Origin: Candidatus Woesearchaeota archaeon
GTDB taxonomy: Archaea; Nanobdellota; Nanobdellia; SCGC-AAA011-G17; UBA489
Direction: 5' to 3'
DNA: 64,000 nucleotides
NCBI GenBank assembly: GCA_964344635.1
Contig: CAYFOE010000001.1
Location: 4,101 to 68,100, forward strand
Part shown: one piece after another, positions 25,970 through 35,416 of the stretch
Layout of the letters: each line of letters starts with the position of its first letter
How positions within the stretch are numbered: the stretch's first letter is position 1
The notes under the pieces: generated by a model
Told to the model about the DNA's origin: nothing
The model's database searches: none
Seen by the model: only the letters and a program-made list of their open reading frames with translations
Position numbers and translations under genes: made by a program

Positions 25970-27426
25970 TACGATTTTGCAGTATAAACTAAATGTTTTG
26001 CAGGCTTATCACAAATTATGCAGTTTCCTTCCGCCTTTTCTTCATCAGGATACAATGTTCCACAAACATTTACACCCTCAGTTCTTTCCTTCAACAAATC
26101 TGCACACTTCTCCCCATCCTTCTCAACCGAACAGAATGGAACCCTTACAAAACCCCTATGCGATTTCATAATTTTCATTAAATCCTTAAGATTATTTGCA
26201 TCATGAGTATTATCATCAAAATAGTTTCTAGCCCTAGACTCAATTTCTTCATCAAGCAACTTTGATTGTTTAATCACTTCCTTGTTTAAGTCCTTAAGAG
26301 AGACCTGCATTTTTTCTTTACTAGTCCTTAGAACCAAAGTAACATTGTCTTTTTTTACCTCATTTGGTCCAACTTCCAACCTGATAGGGACGCCTTTCAT
26401 TTCCCAATGATTGTATTTGAAGCCAGGAGTGTTATCCGATTCATCAATGATTGACTTGAAATCAGACAGTGAAGACTTAATTTTCTTACAAAAATCTAAA
26501 ACATCATCTTTGTCCTTTTCTTTAAATATCGGAACTATTGCAACCTTAACAGGAGTCAAATCAAATGGAAGAATCAATCCCTTATCATCTCCATGAATAC
26601 CAATTAATGCTGCCATTATCCTCCAGATTCCCGGACCATAACAAGTTTGGTAAGGATTTTGCTTCTTTCCATCCTTCCCCTGAAACTGAATATCATATGC
26701 CTTCGAAAAATTTTGACCTAAATCATGTGTTGATGCCATTTGATTTCTCTTCCCATCAGGCATTAATGTATCCGGCGTGAAAGTGTTTAATGCACCCATG
26801 AACTTATCCCACTGAGGCCTCTTGAATAACAAGAAAGGAATCTTACATTTTTTGCTGATTACCCTATCTGAAATTTTGATATCCTTTTCTACTTGAGCTA
26901 ATGCATCCTTATGTGTCTCAAAAACATCATGTGTCTCAAAAAACATAAACTCCCTACCCCTTAGGAAAGGCCTTGTTGTTTTTTCACTCCTGTAAGTACA
27001 AATTCTTGACTGATAACCCTTGTAAGGCAAGTCATTATGACTCCTTATCCACAAAGAATACATAGGATAAATCTGAGTCTCGCCAGTAGGACGGAGAGCA
27101 ACTTCTTCTTCCATCTTTTTACTTCCGGACTTAGTAACCCAGAAAACTTCTGGAGCGAAGCCTGCATGTTCCTCTTCCTTGTCTAAATTTTCTTTCTTGA
27201 TAACCAATGGAAACAAGAAAGGTTCATGATCATCTAATTCAACCTCATTCTCTAAAAGTTCATAGATCCTCCTAAGAATCCTGAAACCCCAAGGAGAATG
27301 CACAATGAAACCTTGGACACCATACCTAATGTCTGCCAACTCTGCCTTCTGAACAACCTGAGAATACCATTCTGAAAAATCTTCATCTTTTTTTACAGAA
27401 ATCCCTTCATTTGTTTTCTTTGGCAT
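25966..27426 (-). CDS. proS: prolyl-tRNA synthetase (archaeal/eukaryotic type)
   Basis: Class II motifs, the HDLGQNFSKAYDIQF region and the characteristic zinc-binding C-terminal extension ending ...CIICDKPAKHLVYTAKSY. Confidence 0.9.
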   Translation of the reverse strand: MPKKTNEGISVKKDEDFSEWYSQVVQKAELADIRYGVQGFIVHSPWGFRILRRIYELLENEVELDDHEPFLFPLVIKKENLDKEEEHAGFAPEVFWVTKSGSKKMEEEVALRPTGETQIYPMYSLWIRSHNDLPYKGYQSRICTYRSEKTTRPFLRGREFMFFETHDVFETHKDALAQVEKDIKISDRVISKKCKIPFLLFKRPQWDKFMGALNTFTPDTLMPDGKRNQMASTHDLGQNFSKAYDIQFQGKDGKKQNPYQTCYGPGIWRIMAALIGIHGDDKGLILPFDLTPVKVAIVPIFKEKDKDDVLDFCKKIKSSLSDFKSIIDESDNTPGFKYNHWEMKGVPIRLEVGPNEVKKDNVTLVLRTSKEKMQVSLKDLNKEVIKQSKLLDEEIESRARNYFDDNTHDANNLKDLMKIMKSHRGFVRVPFCSVEKDGEKCADLLKERTEGVNVCGTLYPDEEKAEGNCIICDKPAKHLVYTAKSY

Positions 27427-27457
27427 GGAAATAAAATAGAATGTGCTTATTTAAAGC

Positions 27458-28519
27458 TTATTCCTTTTTGAGATATACAGTTCTTGTAGGAAAAGGAATT
27501 CCAATCTTGCCCTTGTTTAAAGCCTTGTAAATCTTTTCAGTAGCCTCTAACTCTGAAGCAAACTTATCCTTATAATCACTAACCCAGAACCCTGCTTGGA
27601 ATTCTAACGCAGAATCACCCATCCTCAAAAATAAAACTTGTATCGGTTTCTTTGTACTGTTCGGAACCACAGTTTTTATTGACTTTATTGCATCCCTCAC
27701 ACACTTTTTCACCTTATCTATGCTTGCACCATACTCGACCCCAAAATTTACTTCACCCCTAACACTTAAGTCAGGCTTTTTATAATTTTGAATAGTAGTA
27801 TTAGCCAACTGACCATTAGGAATTATTAATAACTCATTGCTCCAAGTCCTAAGCTTAGTACTTCTTAATCCTACATCCATAATAGTTCCATTTCTCCCAT
27901 CTTCCAACTTTACAACATCTCCAACCTTCAAAGCCTTATCTAAAATAATACTAATCCCACCAAAGATATTTGCTAGACTGTCCTTTACAGCAAAACCAAT
28001 TGCAAGCCCCGCAATACCCACACCCGCCAGCAATCCAGTTATGTCAATATTCCATTCCGCCAAGATAAAGAACATTCCCAAAATAATGATAATCGCATCC
28101 ACAAATTTATGAACCAAAGGAAGAAGTTCGTCATCCAAACTACTCTCAGTTTTTTCAGCCCACTTGCTCCCCCACAAATTTATGGTGATGCTCGCCAACC
28201 TTATCATCAATCCAATTACCACCACAATCAGTAATGTATTAATCGATTGGTGAATTACTGAATCAACCTTTTCAGAAAAAGGAAGAACACCTACTGCAAT
28301 TTTTGTACCCATCAGAGTTAGAAATCTAACTGCAGGCTTTCTTAATGCATCAATTATTTGATCATCGATATTGGTTTCAGTTTTTTCTGCAAACCTTCTT
28401 AAATTTCCACAAATAATTACTTGAATTATTTTTGAAAGAATGTAGAATAAGGCCACTATGAAAATAAACCTATAATAAGAATTTTCTAGAAACTGGCCGT
28501 ATAAAATCTCTTGAATCAC
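27458..28519 (-). CDS. MscS-family small-conductance mechanosensitive channel
   Basis: N-terminal TM helices then VGDVVKLEDGRNGTIMDVGLRSTKLRTWSNELLIIPNGQLANTTIQNY (MscS beta-domain signature). Confidence 0.8.
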   Translation of the reverse strand: MIQEILYGQFLENSYYRFIFIVALFYILSKIIQVIICGNLRRFAEKTETNIDDQIIDALRKPAVRFLTLMGTKIAVGVLPFSEKVDSVIHQSINTLLIVVVIGLMIRLASITINLWGSKWAEKTESSLDDELLPLVHKFVDAIIIILGMFFILAEWNIDITGLLAGVGIAGLAIGFAVKDSLANIFGGISIILDKALKVGDVVKLEDGRNGTIMDVGLRSTKLRTWSNELLIIPNGQLANTTIQNYKKPDLSVRGEVNFGVEYGASIDKVKKCVRDAIKSIKTVVPNSTKKPIQVLFLRMGDSALEFQAGFWVSDYKDKFASELEATEKIYKALNKGKIGIPFPTRTVYLKKE

Positions 28520-28607
28520 CTTATAATTTAATCTAAAAAATTGATTTAAATAGGTTTTTGTTTTAAAAAGGAGTTAGGCTTAAATATTTGGATTTTTTAT
28601 TAAATTT

Positions 28608-28916
28608 ATGGCAAGATTAAGCGACCACCCAATACTTGATGAAAGAAGCGACTTTGCTAAAAGACTAGACTCATTAATCTCATTTATAGAAGGAAACGAA
28701 GAAATCAACCTTACAGGAATCGCCCAAAAGATGAACGAAGCCCTATCTGGAAGAATAGCCCAGACAACTAAGAGAGAATCCGACGGCCTATGGGCTTTAG
28801 GAAGCTACCTTGGAAGCATGCGCAGCGCCATAAACAGGCATGAAGAAAACGTATTCGCAAACAGACAAGGAGTACTAAACAAACTCTACAAAGTCAGAGA
28901 AGACTACGCAGCCTAA
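28608..28916 (+). CDS. hypothetical protein (102 aa)
   Basis: ORF only. Confidence 0.35.
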   Translation: MARLSDHPILDERSDFAKRLDSLISFIEGNEEINLTGIAQKMNEALSGRIAQTTKRESDGLWALGSYLGSMRSAINRHEENVFANRQGVLNKLYKVREDYAA

Positions 28917-28921
28917 AAAGA

Positions 28922-29632
28922 TTAAAGGAACTCGCAGATACTTGCACCATCAGAAAGTTTTCTCAATTTCTTACCCTTCTCAAATAAAACACCACCCAAA
29001 GGGCCGACAATCTTTGTATCTTTCCCATTAACAGAAATTATTGAACCCTCATAAATTCCAACTACGGGTTGACCATTCCCACTAATTAAATGAAATTCGT
29101 TAATACGTTCCTCTCTTGTTTCCCCTGCATGAACACTCTTCTCATGAGGATCAATATAATGAGGGTTAAGGTTGAAAGATATGGCACCCAATGAATCCAA
29201 ATTTTTTGGATGAATTATAGGCATGTCATTTGTTGTTTGAATAGTCTTTCCAGCAATAACCGAACCAGCACTCACTCCGATATAAGGCATTTTTGATGAA
29301 ATTTTTTGCTTCAAAGGTTGAATCAAGCCTTCCTTCTGTAATTTATCAAGTAAAGCAAAAGTGTTCCCTCCGAAAACAAATACACACTCCGCATCATTTA
29401 TTGCCTGAACCTTATCTTTCTCCTTATGAAGGGCCTTAAATTTAACACCACACTTTTTATCATAATCTTTTTCATGCAAAAGATCAAAAAAACTCTCCCT
29501 TAACTTATTAGTAGGCAGTGCATAGAGTACAATCAAAACTTGAGAAATTTTCCTCTCACTCATAAATGATTGGATTCTCTCAGTATACTGGCTTAAATCA
29601 CCCCCACTACACAACAATAAATCTGCCATCAT
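28922..29632 (-). CDS. pepE: peptidase E-like (S51 family, alpha-aspartyl dipeptidase)
   Basis: VFVFGGNTFALLDKLQKEGLIQPL...YIGVSAGSVIAG...TTNDMPIIHP matches the S51 catalytic Ser/His region. Confidence 0.7.
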   Translation of the reverse strand: MMADLLLCSGGDLSQYTERIQSFMSERKISQVLIVLYALPTNKLRESFFDLLHEKDYDKKCGVKFKALHKEKDKVQAINDAECVFVFGGNTFALLDKLQKEGLIQPLKQKISSKMPYIGVSAGSVIAGKTIQTTNDMPIIHPKNLDSLGAISFNLNPHYIDPHEKSVHAGETREERINEFHLISGNGQPVVGIYEGSIISVNGKDTKIVGPLGGVLFEKGKKLRKLSDGASICEFL

Positions 29633-29668
29633 ATGAAGTAAAATCTAAGATATAAAAAGTTATTTGAA

Positions 29669-29740
29669 TGAGCCTAGGAGGAATCGAACCTCCATCTCAT
29701 GGTCCGAAGCCATGTATGCGATCCACTACACCATAGGCCC
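29669..29740 (-). tRNA. tRNA-Arg (anticodon UCG)
   Basis: Reverse complement GGGCCUAUGGUGUAGUGGAUCGCAUACAUGGCUUCGGACCAUGAGAUGGAGGUUCGAUUCCUCCUAGGCUCA: 7-bp acceptor, anticodon stem CAUGG/CCAUG with loop CUUCGGA, T-arm GGAGG-UUCGAUU-CCUCC. Confidence 0.75.
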
Positions 29741-29815
29741 AACAGGACTAAATTTTGGAATTATTTAAGTTATTCTATCAAAAATATTATAAGGAAGATA
29801 AGTTTTTTGGATTAT

Positions 29816-29950
29816 ATGAAAACATTAATCATCATACTGTTGATTTTATTGGTTCTCGGACTGTATTTTTATACAGACTTTACTAAAGGTTTAATCGATA
29901 TCACAGGCAATTTTGTCATAGATAAAACAAAAGAAGTATTTGTAAAATAA
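29816..29950 (+). CDS. possible small single-TM protein (44 aa)
   Basis: Trimmed from track ORF 29699..29950, whose 5' part overlaps the tRNA; MKTLIIILLILLVLGLYFYTDF hydrophobic helix. Confidence 0.2.
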   Translation: MKTLIIILLILLVLGLYFYTDFTKGLIDITGNFVIDKTKEVFVK

Positions 29951-30880
29951 TCAGGATGAACTATTTGTTTCATTATTGTCTAAATCCACATCATTAATAA
30001 TTATTCTTAATTTGCTTGTATGCAGAGTTTCCCCATCTTCAAAGTAACCCAAGTCTGAGCCACTACCCTCACATTGGTCGTTCGTACAGAAATAACACCT
30101 GCTCTCATAATCTACAGTTATCTTTCCAACACCAGTAACTGAATCTTTCAAAATCTCTTTATCATCAATGCCCATCTCAAGAACATACCTATCCAAGTCA
30201 TAAGTAACATCATCCACTTCACCATCTTGGTCTTCATCAATTGAAACAGTCTTGTCTAACTTACAAATTATTCCAGCCCTTTCCCTGTTTTCAATTTGAA
30301 CTCTGTAATTGTAAATCTTTGTAGATGCTGAACCAGACCAGATCTGGATTAGGTTCCCTGCAATCTTCCCAGATGCATCAAAAATCCCTAAGCTTGAACT
30401 ATCAGAGTGCTCGTCAATTAAGAAAAAGTCAAACTCCGGACCAATCTCTATAGTAGTCTCATTTTCTTCTTCAGTCCCATTAACAACCGTTTCCTCGGTG
30501 TCTTCTTCAGTTTCAGAACCGTTTAACGCCTTTTCTAATTCATCTAGTTTCTTTTGTAATTCCTCAACTTCATCAGAAGGATCTTCCTTCACAGTTGAAG
30601 GCTCCATAAATTTAGATAAGACAAATATCCCCACAATAATTAATGCGACAAAAAATGCCAATCCCAAGAATATCCATTGAATGTGATCATTTCCACCAGA
30701 ACCCCTATGAGAATAATTTCGGTGAGGCTCATCATTTAAGTGAGTAATCTCTCTTTTTCTCTTGATTTCTATCTTCTTTTGAGCATCGCTCTTCTTTTTT
30801 TCAGCCTTTGATTCAGCCTCTAAGTGCTCTTTCTTACTTTCGAGAGCTTTCTTTTTTTTGAGATATTCATCGATGTCCAT
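29951..30880 (-). CDS. membrane-anchored extracellular acidic protein (N-terminal Lys-rich region, one TM), hypothetical
   Basis: TM helix IFLGLAFFVALIIVGIFVL after a K/E-rich N-terminus; acidic ectodomain with a Cys cluster (CYFCTNDQCEGSG). Confidence 0.45.
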   Translation of the reverse strand: MDIDEYLKKKKALESKKEHLEAESKAEKKKSDAQKKIEIKRKREITHLNDEPHRNYSHRGSGGNDHIQWIFLGLAFFVALIIVGIFVLSKFMEPSTVKEDPSDEVEELQKKLDELEKALNGSETEEDTEETVVNGTEEENETTIEIGPEFDFFLIDEHSDSSSLGIFDASGKIAGNLIQIWSGSASTKIYNYRVQIENRERAGIICKLDKTVSIDEDQDGEVDDVTYDLDRYVLEMGIDDKEILKDSVTGVGKITVDYESRCYFCTNDQCEGSGSDLGYFEDGETLHTSKLRIIINDVDLDNNETNSSS

Positions 30881-30945
30881 TTTGAAGTAGTATCAATAGA
30901 TTACATGTGAGAAATATTTATTTTGTATATAAACCTTTCTGTAAA

Positions 30946-31266
30946 TTAAAGAGTTTTCCCAGAAGAAGTTCTTGAAACCAATTCATTCAAGCAATCCTTG
31001 TGGAAAAAATATCTAGTTATTCCATTATCATCAGTGCGAACTATTTCGAACATGCCATCCTCATCGGATCTGATTGGACACCTATGGTGGTAATCACAAA
31101 GACCTTCCCCTGACCCCTCATACGGAAAAGATTTTTCTAGATAATTTATTTCAAAACCCTCAGGAGGAAGTTCACGAAACAAAAAACGATTAGTAACCAC
31201 TCGACTTAAAATTCTTAAATTTGAACGATATAATCCTCCAATAATATCTCTAGAATTTACATTCAT
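30946..31266 (-). CDS. hypothetical protein (106 aa) co-transcribed downstream of asnS
   Basis: 4-nt overlap with the asnS stop; Cys/His cluster CDYHHRCP...HKDC. Confidence 0.4.
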   Translation of the reverse strand: MNVNSRDIIGGLYRSNLRILSRVVTNRFLFRELPPEGFEINYLEKSFPYEGSGEGLCDYHHRCPIRSDEDGMFEIVRTDDNGITRYFFHKDCLNELVSRTSSGKTL

Positions 31267-32558
31267 GGCTTATACCTTGTCATTGTTCTAGGGAATGCTA
31301 TCACATCTTTTATGTTTTCAGCCCCACAAATCCAAGATATAACTCTCTCTACGCCCATTCCGAAACCAGAATGTGGAACCGACCCATACTTTCTTGTATC
31401 CAAATACCAAGAATAATTTTCAGGATCCTCCCCCTCCTCTTCTAGACGCCTCTTCAACTCATCAATATCATCTTCTCGTTCACTTGCACCGATCAATTCA
31501 CCATAACCCTCTGGCCCGATTAAGTCAAATGCCAAAACAGTTTTTTCATTCTCAGGATTTTCCTTCATGTAAAAAGCCTTAACTTCCTTAGGATACCTAG
31601 TTACAATTATAGGAGTATCATATAATTTAGATAACTCATCTTCTTCAATAGTTCTCAAATCCTTACCCCAAGGAATGTTCATCTTTGCTTTTTCCTTTAG
31701 AATCTTCAAAGAATCATCATAAGTAATTCTAGGGAATGCTTTCTTTACTGTAGGTTCCAACATCTTTGGATCCCTCCCAAGAGTCTTAAGTTCTTCTTGA
31801 TTCATCTCTAAAACCTTAGAAACAATATGTTTAACTAAAGCTTCCGCATGATCCTGAATTTTATCTAAATCTGACCAAGCTTCCTCCATCTCAGCATGCC
31901 AATACTCCGTTAGATGTCTTGAAGTTTTACTTTTTTCTGCCCTAAACGAAGGGGCAATGCAATAGATTTTTTCTAAAGCCTGAATTCCTGCTTCCGCATA
32001 CAATTGCCAAGTTTGCGTTAGGTAAACTTCCTTACCAAAATAATCCACCTTGAATAGACTGGACCCGCCCTCACACGCATTAGGTGTAAAAGAAGGACTT
32101 TGATACTCGTAAAAACCTTTAGACCTAAAATAATCATGAATTGCTCCAAACACAGTTGACCGAATCTTTAGTGCGGCAGTTGTCTTCCTATTCCTTATAG
32201 ATAAGTGACGCATGTCCAAAAGATGCTCGTAACTCTGATCTTTAGTAATAGGGTATTTATCTGAAAGCCCAATAATTTTGAAATCAGTTACCTTAAGTTC
32301 ATAACCGGTAGGTGCACGTTCATCCTTAGATATCTTTCCAAACAATTCAATTGAAGTTTCAACCTGCAACTTGTCAATTTCATCCCACCTATCTTCAAAA
32401 TCTTCTTTTTTAATTACGCACTGAATAATATTGGAAACATCCCTCAAAACTATAAATTTTAATTTATTAGAGCCCCTCTCTCTGTAAATCCAACCCCTAA
32501 TAGCTACATCACCAGAGCCCTTCTTCATAGCCTCCTGAATTGGAATAAAATCTTTCAT
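31263..32558 (-). CDS. asnS: asparaginyl-tRNA synthetase
   Basis: Class IIb; motif 2 FRAEKSKTSRHLTEYWHAEME (AsnRS-type FRAEnSnTsRHLaEFWmiEpE); motif 3 GFGMGVERVISWICGAENIKDVIAFPR. Confidence 0.85.
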   Translation of the reverse strand: MKDFIPIQEAMKKGSGDVAIRGWIYRERGSNKLKFIVLRDVSNIIQCVIKKEDFEDRWDEIDKLQVETSIELFGKISKDERAPTGYELKVTDFKIIGLSDKYPITKDQSYEHLLDMRHLSIRNRKTTAALKIRSTVFGAIHDYFRSKGFYEYQSPSFTPNACEGGSSLFKVDYFGKEVYLTQTWQLYAEAGIQALEKIYCIAPSFRAEKSKTSRHLTEYWHAEMEEAWSDLDKIQDHAEALVKHIVSKVLEMNQEELKTLGRDPKMLEPTVKKAFPRITYDDSLKILKEKAKMNIPWGKDLRTIEEDELSKLYDTPIIVTRYPKEVKAFYMKENPENEKTVLAFDLIGPEGYGELIGASEREDDIDELKRRLEEEGEDPENYSWYLDTRKYGSVPHSGFGMGVERVISWICGAENIKDVIAFPRTMTRYKP

Positions 32559-32604
32559 GAAGTGTTCAAAGAAAAGAAGTTTAAATAATTTTGGGATTGA
32601 TAAA

Positions 32605-33951
32605 CTACAATTTTAGCTCTTTTAATTGCTCTTTAGATACTTCAGAAGGCGCATCAAGCATTAAGTCTTTAGCATCCTTGTTTTTAGGGAATGCAATAAC
32701 ATCCCTAATTGAATCCTCTTGAGCCATAACTGCAACCAACCTATCTAAACCAAACGCAATTCCCCCCATAGGAGGCGCACCCTGCTTTAACGCACTTAAT
32801 AAGAAACCGAATTTTTCTTCAATTTCCTCCTCACTGAGATTTAATGCCTTGAATATCTTTTTTTGCAGTTCAGTATTTGTGATTCTCAATGAACCACTCC
32901 CCATTTCAAAACCATTTAGTACAAGATCATAACTTGTTGAAACTACTTGTTTAGGATTGCTAACAATGTGTTTAATATCTTCTTCCTTTGGAGCAGTAAA
33001 CGGATGGTGTTCTGAAACAAACCTATTTTCCTCTTGATTATACTCAAATAATGGAAAATCTGTAACCCACAAGAACTGAAAATCATCTTTTCCCTTCGAT
33101 AAATTAGGCTTATCAGTTTTGTACTTAGCCACACAATCCTTATGAGTCATTCTTGGAAAAGGTATTTTTAGTTCCACATTTAATGCATCTTTGAATATTT
33201 TTTGCATTAACAATTCACACAAGGAGTAAACATCCTCTTCCTCTACAAAAGACATTTCCATATCTAACTGTGTGAATTCCGGTTGCCTATCTGCACGTAA
33301 ATCCTCGTCTCTTAAACACCTTGCAATCTGGTAATACTTATCACAACCCGAAACCATCAATAATTGTTTGAATAATTGAGGAGATTGGGGAAGTGCAAAG
33401 AATTTTCCAGGAAATTTTCTTGAAGGCACTAAATAATCTCTTGCCCCTTCAGGCGTTGACTTTGCTAAAATTGGAGTTTCAATTTCTAAGAAATCTTCCT
33501 CGTTCAAAAATGAGTGAATAGTATTTAGAACTTTATTTCTTAAGATAATATTCTTTTGCATACGCCTAGACCTTAAATCCAAATACCTATATTTTAGACG
33601 AGTTTCTTCACTACTCGTTTCCGGATCTAAAGGAATCTCTTCAGATTCATTTAAAACCTCTATATCTGAAGCAGAAAGTTCTATTTCTCCAGTTTCCATA
33701 TCCTCCTTGACCTGGTTTTCAGGCCTAGCCTTTACCTCACCAGTGATTTTTACAACCGATTCCCTGGGAATATGAGAAAATTCAGAAGTCAATTTAGGAT
33801 TCACAAACACCTGAGTAATGCCATACCTATCTCTTAAAAGAATGAACGATAACTTGCCTTGAACCCTCAAAGCATCCACCCAACCACACAGAGTAACAGT
33901 TTTTCCTGCGTGCTCTTTTCTTAACTCTCCACAAGTATGCGATCTTAACAT
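32605..33951 (-). CDS. aspS: aspartyl-tRNA synthetase, bacterial-type sequence but lacking the GAD insertion domain (448 aa)
   Basis: FRDEDLRADRQPEFTQLDMEMSF, HHPFTAP, QGAPPMGGIAFGLDRLVAVMAQEDSIRDVIAFPK are bacterial-type AspRS signatures. The segment between ..DKPNL and FLWVTDFPLFE is too short to hold a GAD domain. Confidence 0.85.
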   Translation of the reverse strand: MLRSHTCGELRKEHAGKTVTLCGWVDALRVQGKLSFILLRDRYGITQVFVNPKLTSEFSHIPRESVVKITGEVKARPENQVKEDMETGEIELSASDIEVLNESEEIPLDPETSSEETRLKYRYLDLRSRRMQKNIILRNKVLNTIHSFLNEEDFLEIETPILAKSTPEGARDYLVPSRKFPGKFFALPQSPQLFKQLLMVSGCDKYYQIARCLRDEDLRADRQPEFTQLDMEMSFVEEEDVYSLCELLMQKIFKDALNVELKIPFPRMTHKDCVAKYKTDKPNLSKGKDDFQFLWVTDFPLFEYNQEENRFVSEHHPFTAPKEEDIKHIVSNPKQVVSTSYDLVLNGFEMGSGSLRITNTELQKKIFKALNLSEEEIEEKFGFLLSALKQGAPPMGGIAFGLDRLVAVMAQEDSIRDVIAFPKNKDAKDLMLDAPSEVSKEQLKELKL

Positions 33952-33991
33952 GGCCTAGGATTAATGAATTTAGTTTATAAAATTGTTGATA

Positions 33992-35416
33992 CTACAGATT
34001 ACTATTGATCAAATCCATTACCTTCTTACCATCAACCTTTCCACGATATTTAGCCATAACCAGACCCATAAGTGCATTTGGAGATAGTTTTGGGTTTTTT
34101 TGGATTAAAGATTTAATTTCCGATTCTATGTCTGAAGCAGACACAGTTTTGTACTTCTTTAGATCAATTTTATTGCCCTTTGCAACATCTGTTAAGATTT
34201 CTAGAATTGCAGATTCATTGATTGCTTTTTTCTCCAATGCAACAAACACCATTTCAAAATCTGAATTACAGATCTTCTCTTTAGGCAAATTGAACCTTTT
34301 AGATATCTCTTTTGGAGTTTCAATAAGAGTTTTAGCAATTAATTCAGGAGATATCTTGAATTGTTTAACATAAGTTTCAAAGATCTCACTTCCTACAAGT
34401 TCTTGAGCAAGTTGAGGAGATAGTTTGTATTTTTTTTCTAGCTTAATTGACTTTTCAGTAATTAATTCAGGAACCTTTACCGAAGACAAGAATTTTTTAG
34501 TTAATTCAATTGGAGGCACATCAGTTTCAGGATACATCCTTGCAGCTCCAGGCATAGGCCTAAGATATGTAGTCGTAAAATTAGGATCTGCCCTCCTTAC
34601 ATGAGATTCTGTTTTTTTCTTCGATTTAACCTCAGATAATTCTCTTTTTATTTCGTAATCAATAACCTTAGGAATACTCTTCAAGTCCTGGAAACCTTTA
34701 ATCTCTACACGAGGGTGGCCTTTTATTGAAACATTAACATCTTGTCTGATTGTTCCAATTCCCCTCTTCACCTTATTTGTTGATCTCAAAGTCATCCCTA
34801 AAATAGATGCTACTTCTTTACAATGCTCAGGATTTTTAATCGAAGCATCAGTTGCAATCTCAACTAAAGGAACTCCCAAACGATCCAGTCTGAATTTAAC
34901 ACGATCATTCTTCTTCTCTAGTTTTCTAGCAGACTCTTCCTCCAAACAAATAGAATCAATTTTTACTTTCCCCAAAGAAGTTTCAACATAACCATCTGTC
35001 GCAATCAACATTGTTCTTTGGAAACCTGAAACATTTGAACCATCCACAACAGTTTTTCTCATAACCCTAACCTCGTCCACAGGCTTTGCATTAAGCAACA
35101 ATGCAACCTGTAAGGCAATCTCTAATGCACCCTTATTTACTTCTAAAGGCGGTTCTTCATCTAACTCAATTAAGCAAGAAGAAGTCTTACAGGCCTCGTA
35201 TTCATTAGTTAAGTCCTTTTTGATTTCATATGCTGCTGCAGCATCAACCTTTCCCGTTTCTCCAACAACAGCCCTAAGTTTTCTCTCAACATTAACTGTA
35301 GGGTTCTTATCATGAACTATTGAAGGACAATTACAAAATAATTTGTGAGTCTCTAATTGTTGATGAATTTCTAGTCCAGACTTGAAGCCAAGTTTTTTGT
35401 AATCTATCTTAGTCAT
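33992..35416 (-). CDS. gatE: Glu-tRNA(Gln) amidotransferase subunit E, short form (474 aa)
   Basis: N-terminus DYKKLGFKSGLEIHQQLETHKLFCNCPS is GatE-like; C-terminal YqeY/GatB-like helical domain; adjacent and overlapping gatD. About 150 aa shorter than typical GatE. Confidence 0.7.
   Translation of the reverse strand: MTKIDYKKLGFKSGLEIHQQLETHKLFCNCPSIVHDKNPTVNVERKLRAVVGETGKVDAAAAYEIKKDLTNEYEACKTSSCLIELDEEPPLEVNKGALEIALQVALLLNAKPVDEVRVMRKTVVDGSNVSGFQRTMLIATDGYVETSLGKVKIDSICLEEESARKLEKKNDRVKFRLDRLGVPLVEIATDASIKNPEHCKEVASILGMTLRSTNKVKRGIGTIRQDVNVSIKGHPRVEIKGFQDLKSIPKVIDYEIKRELSEVKSKKKTESHVRRADPNFTTTYLRPMPGAARMYPETDVPPIELTKKFLSSVKVPELITEKSIKLEKKYKLSPQLAQELVGSEIFETYVKQFKISPELIAKTLIETPKEISKRFNLPKEKICNSDFEMVFVALEKKAINESAILEILTDVAKGNKIDLKKYKTVSASDIESEIKSLIQKNPKLSPNALMGLVMAKYRGKVDGKKVMDLINSNL

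Noticed and set aside
29699-29815. 5' part of track ORF 29699..29950
   Set aside because: Overlaps the tRNA-Arg gene on the opposite strand, with a GC-rich tRNA mirror sequence; only the downstream Met-initiated hydrophobic segment (29816..29950) is retained, at low confidence.
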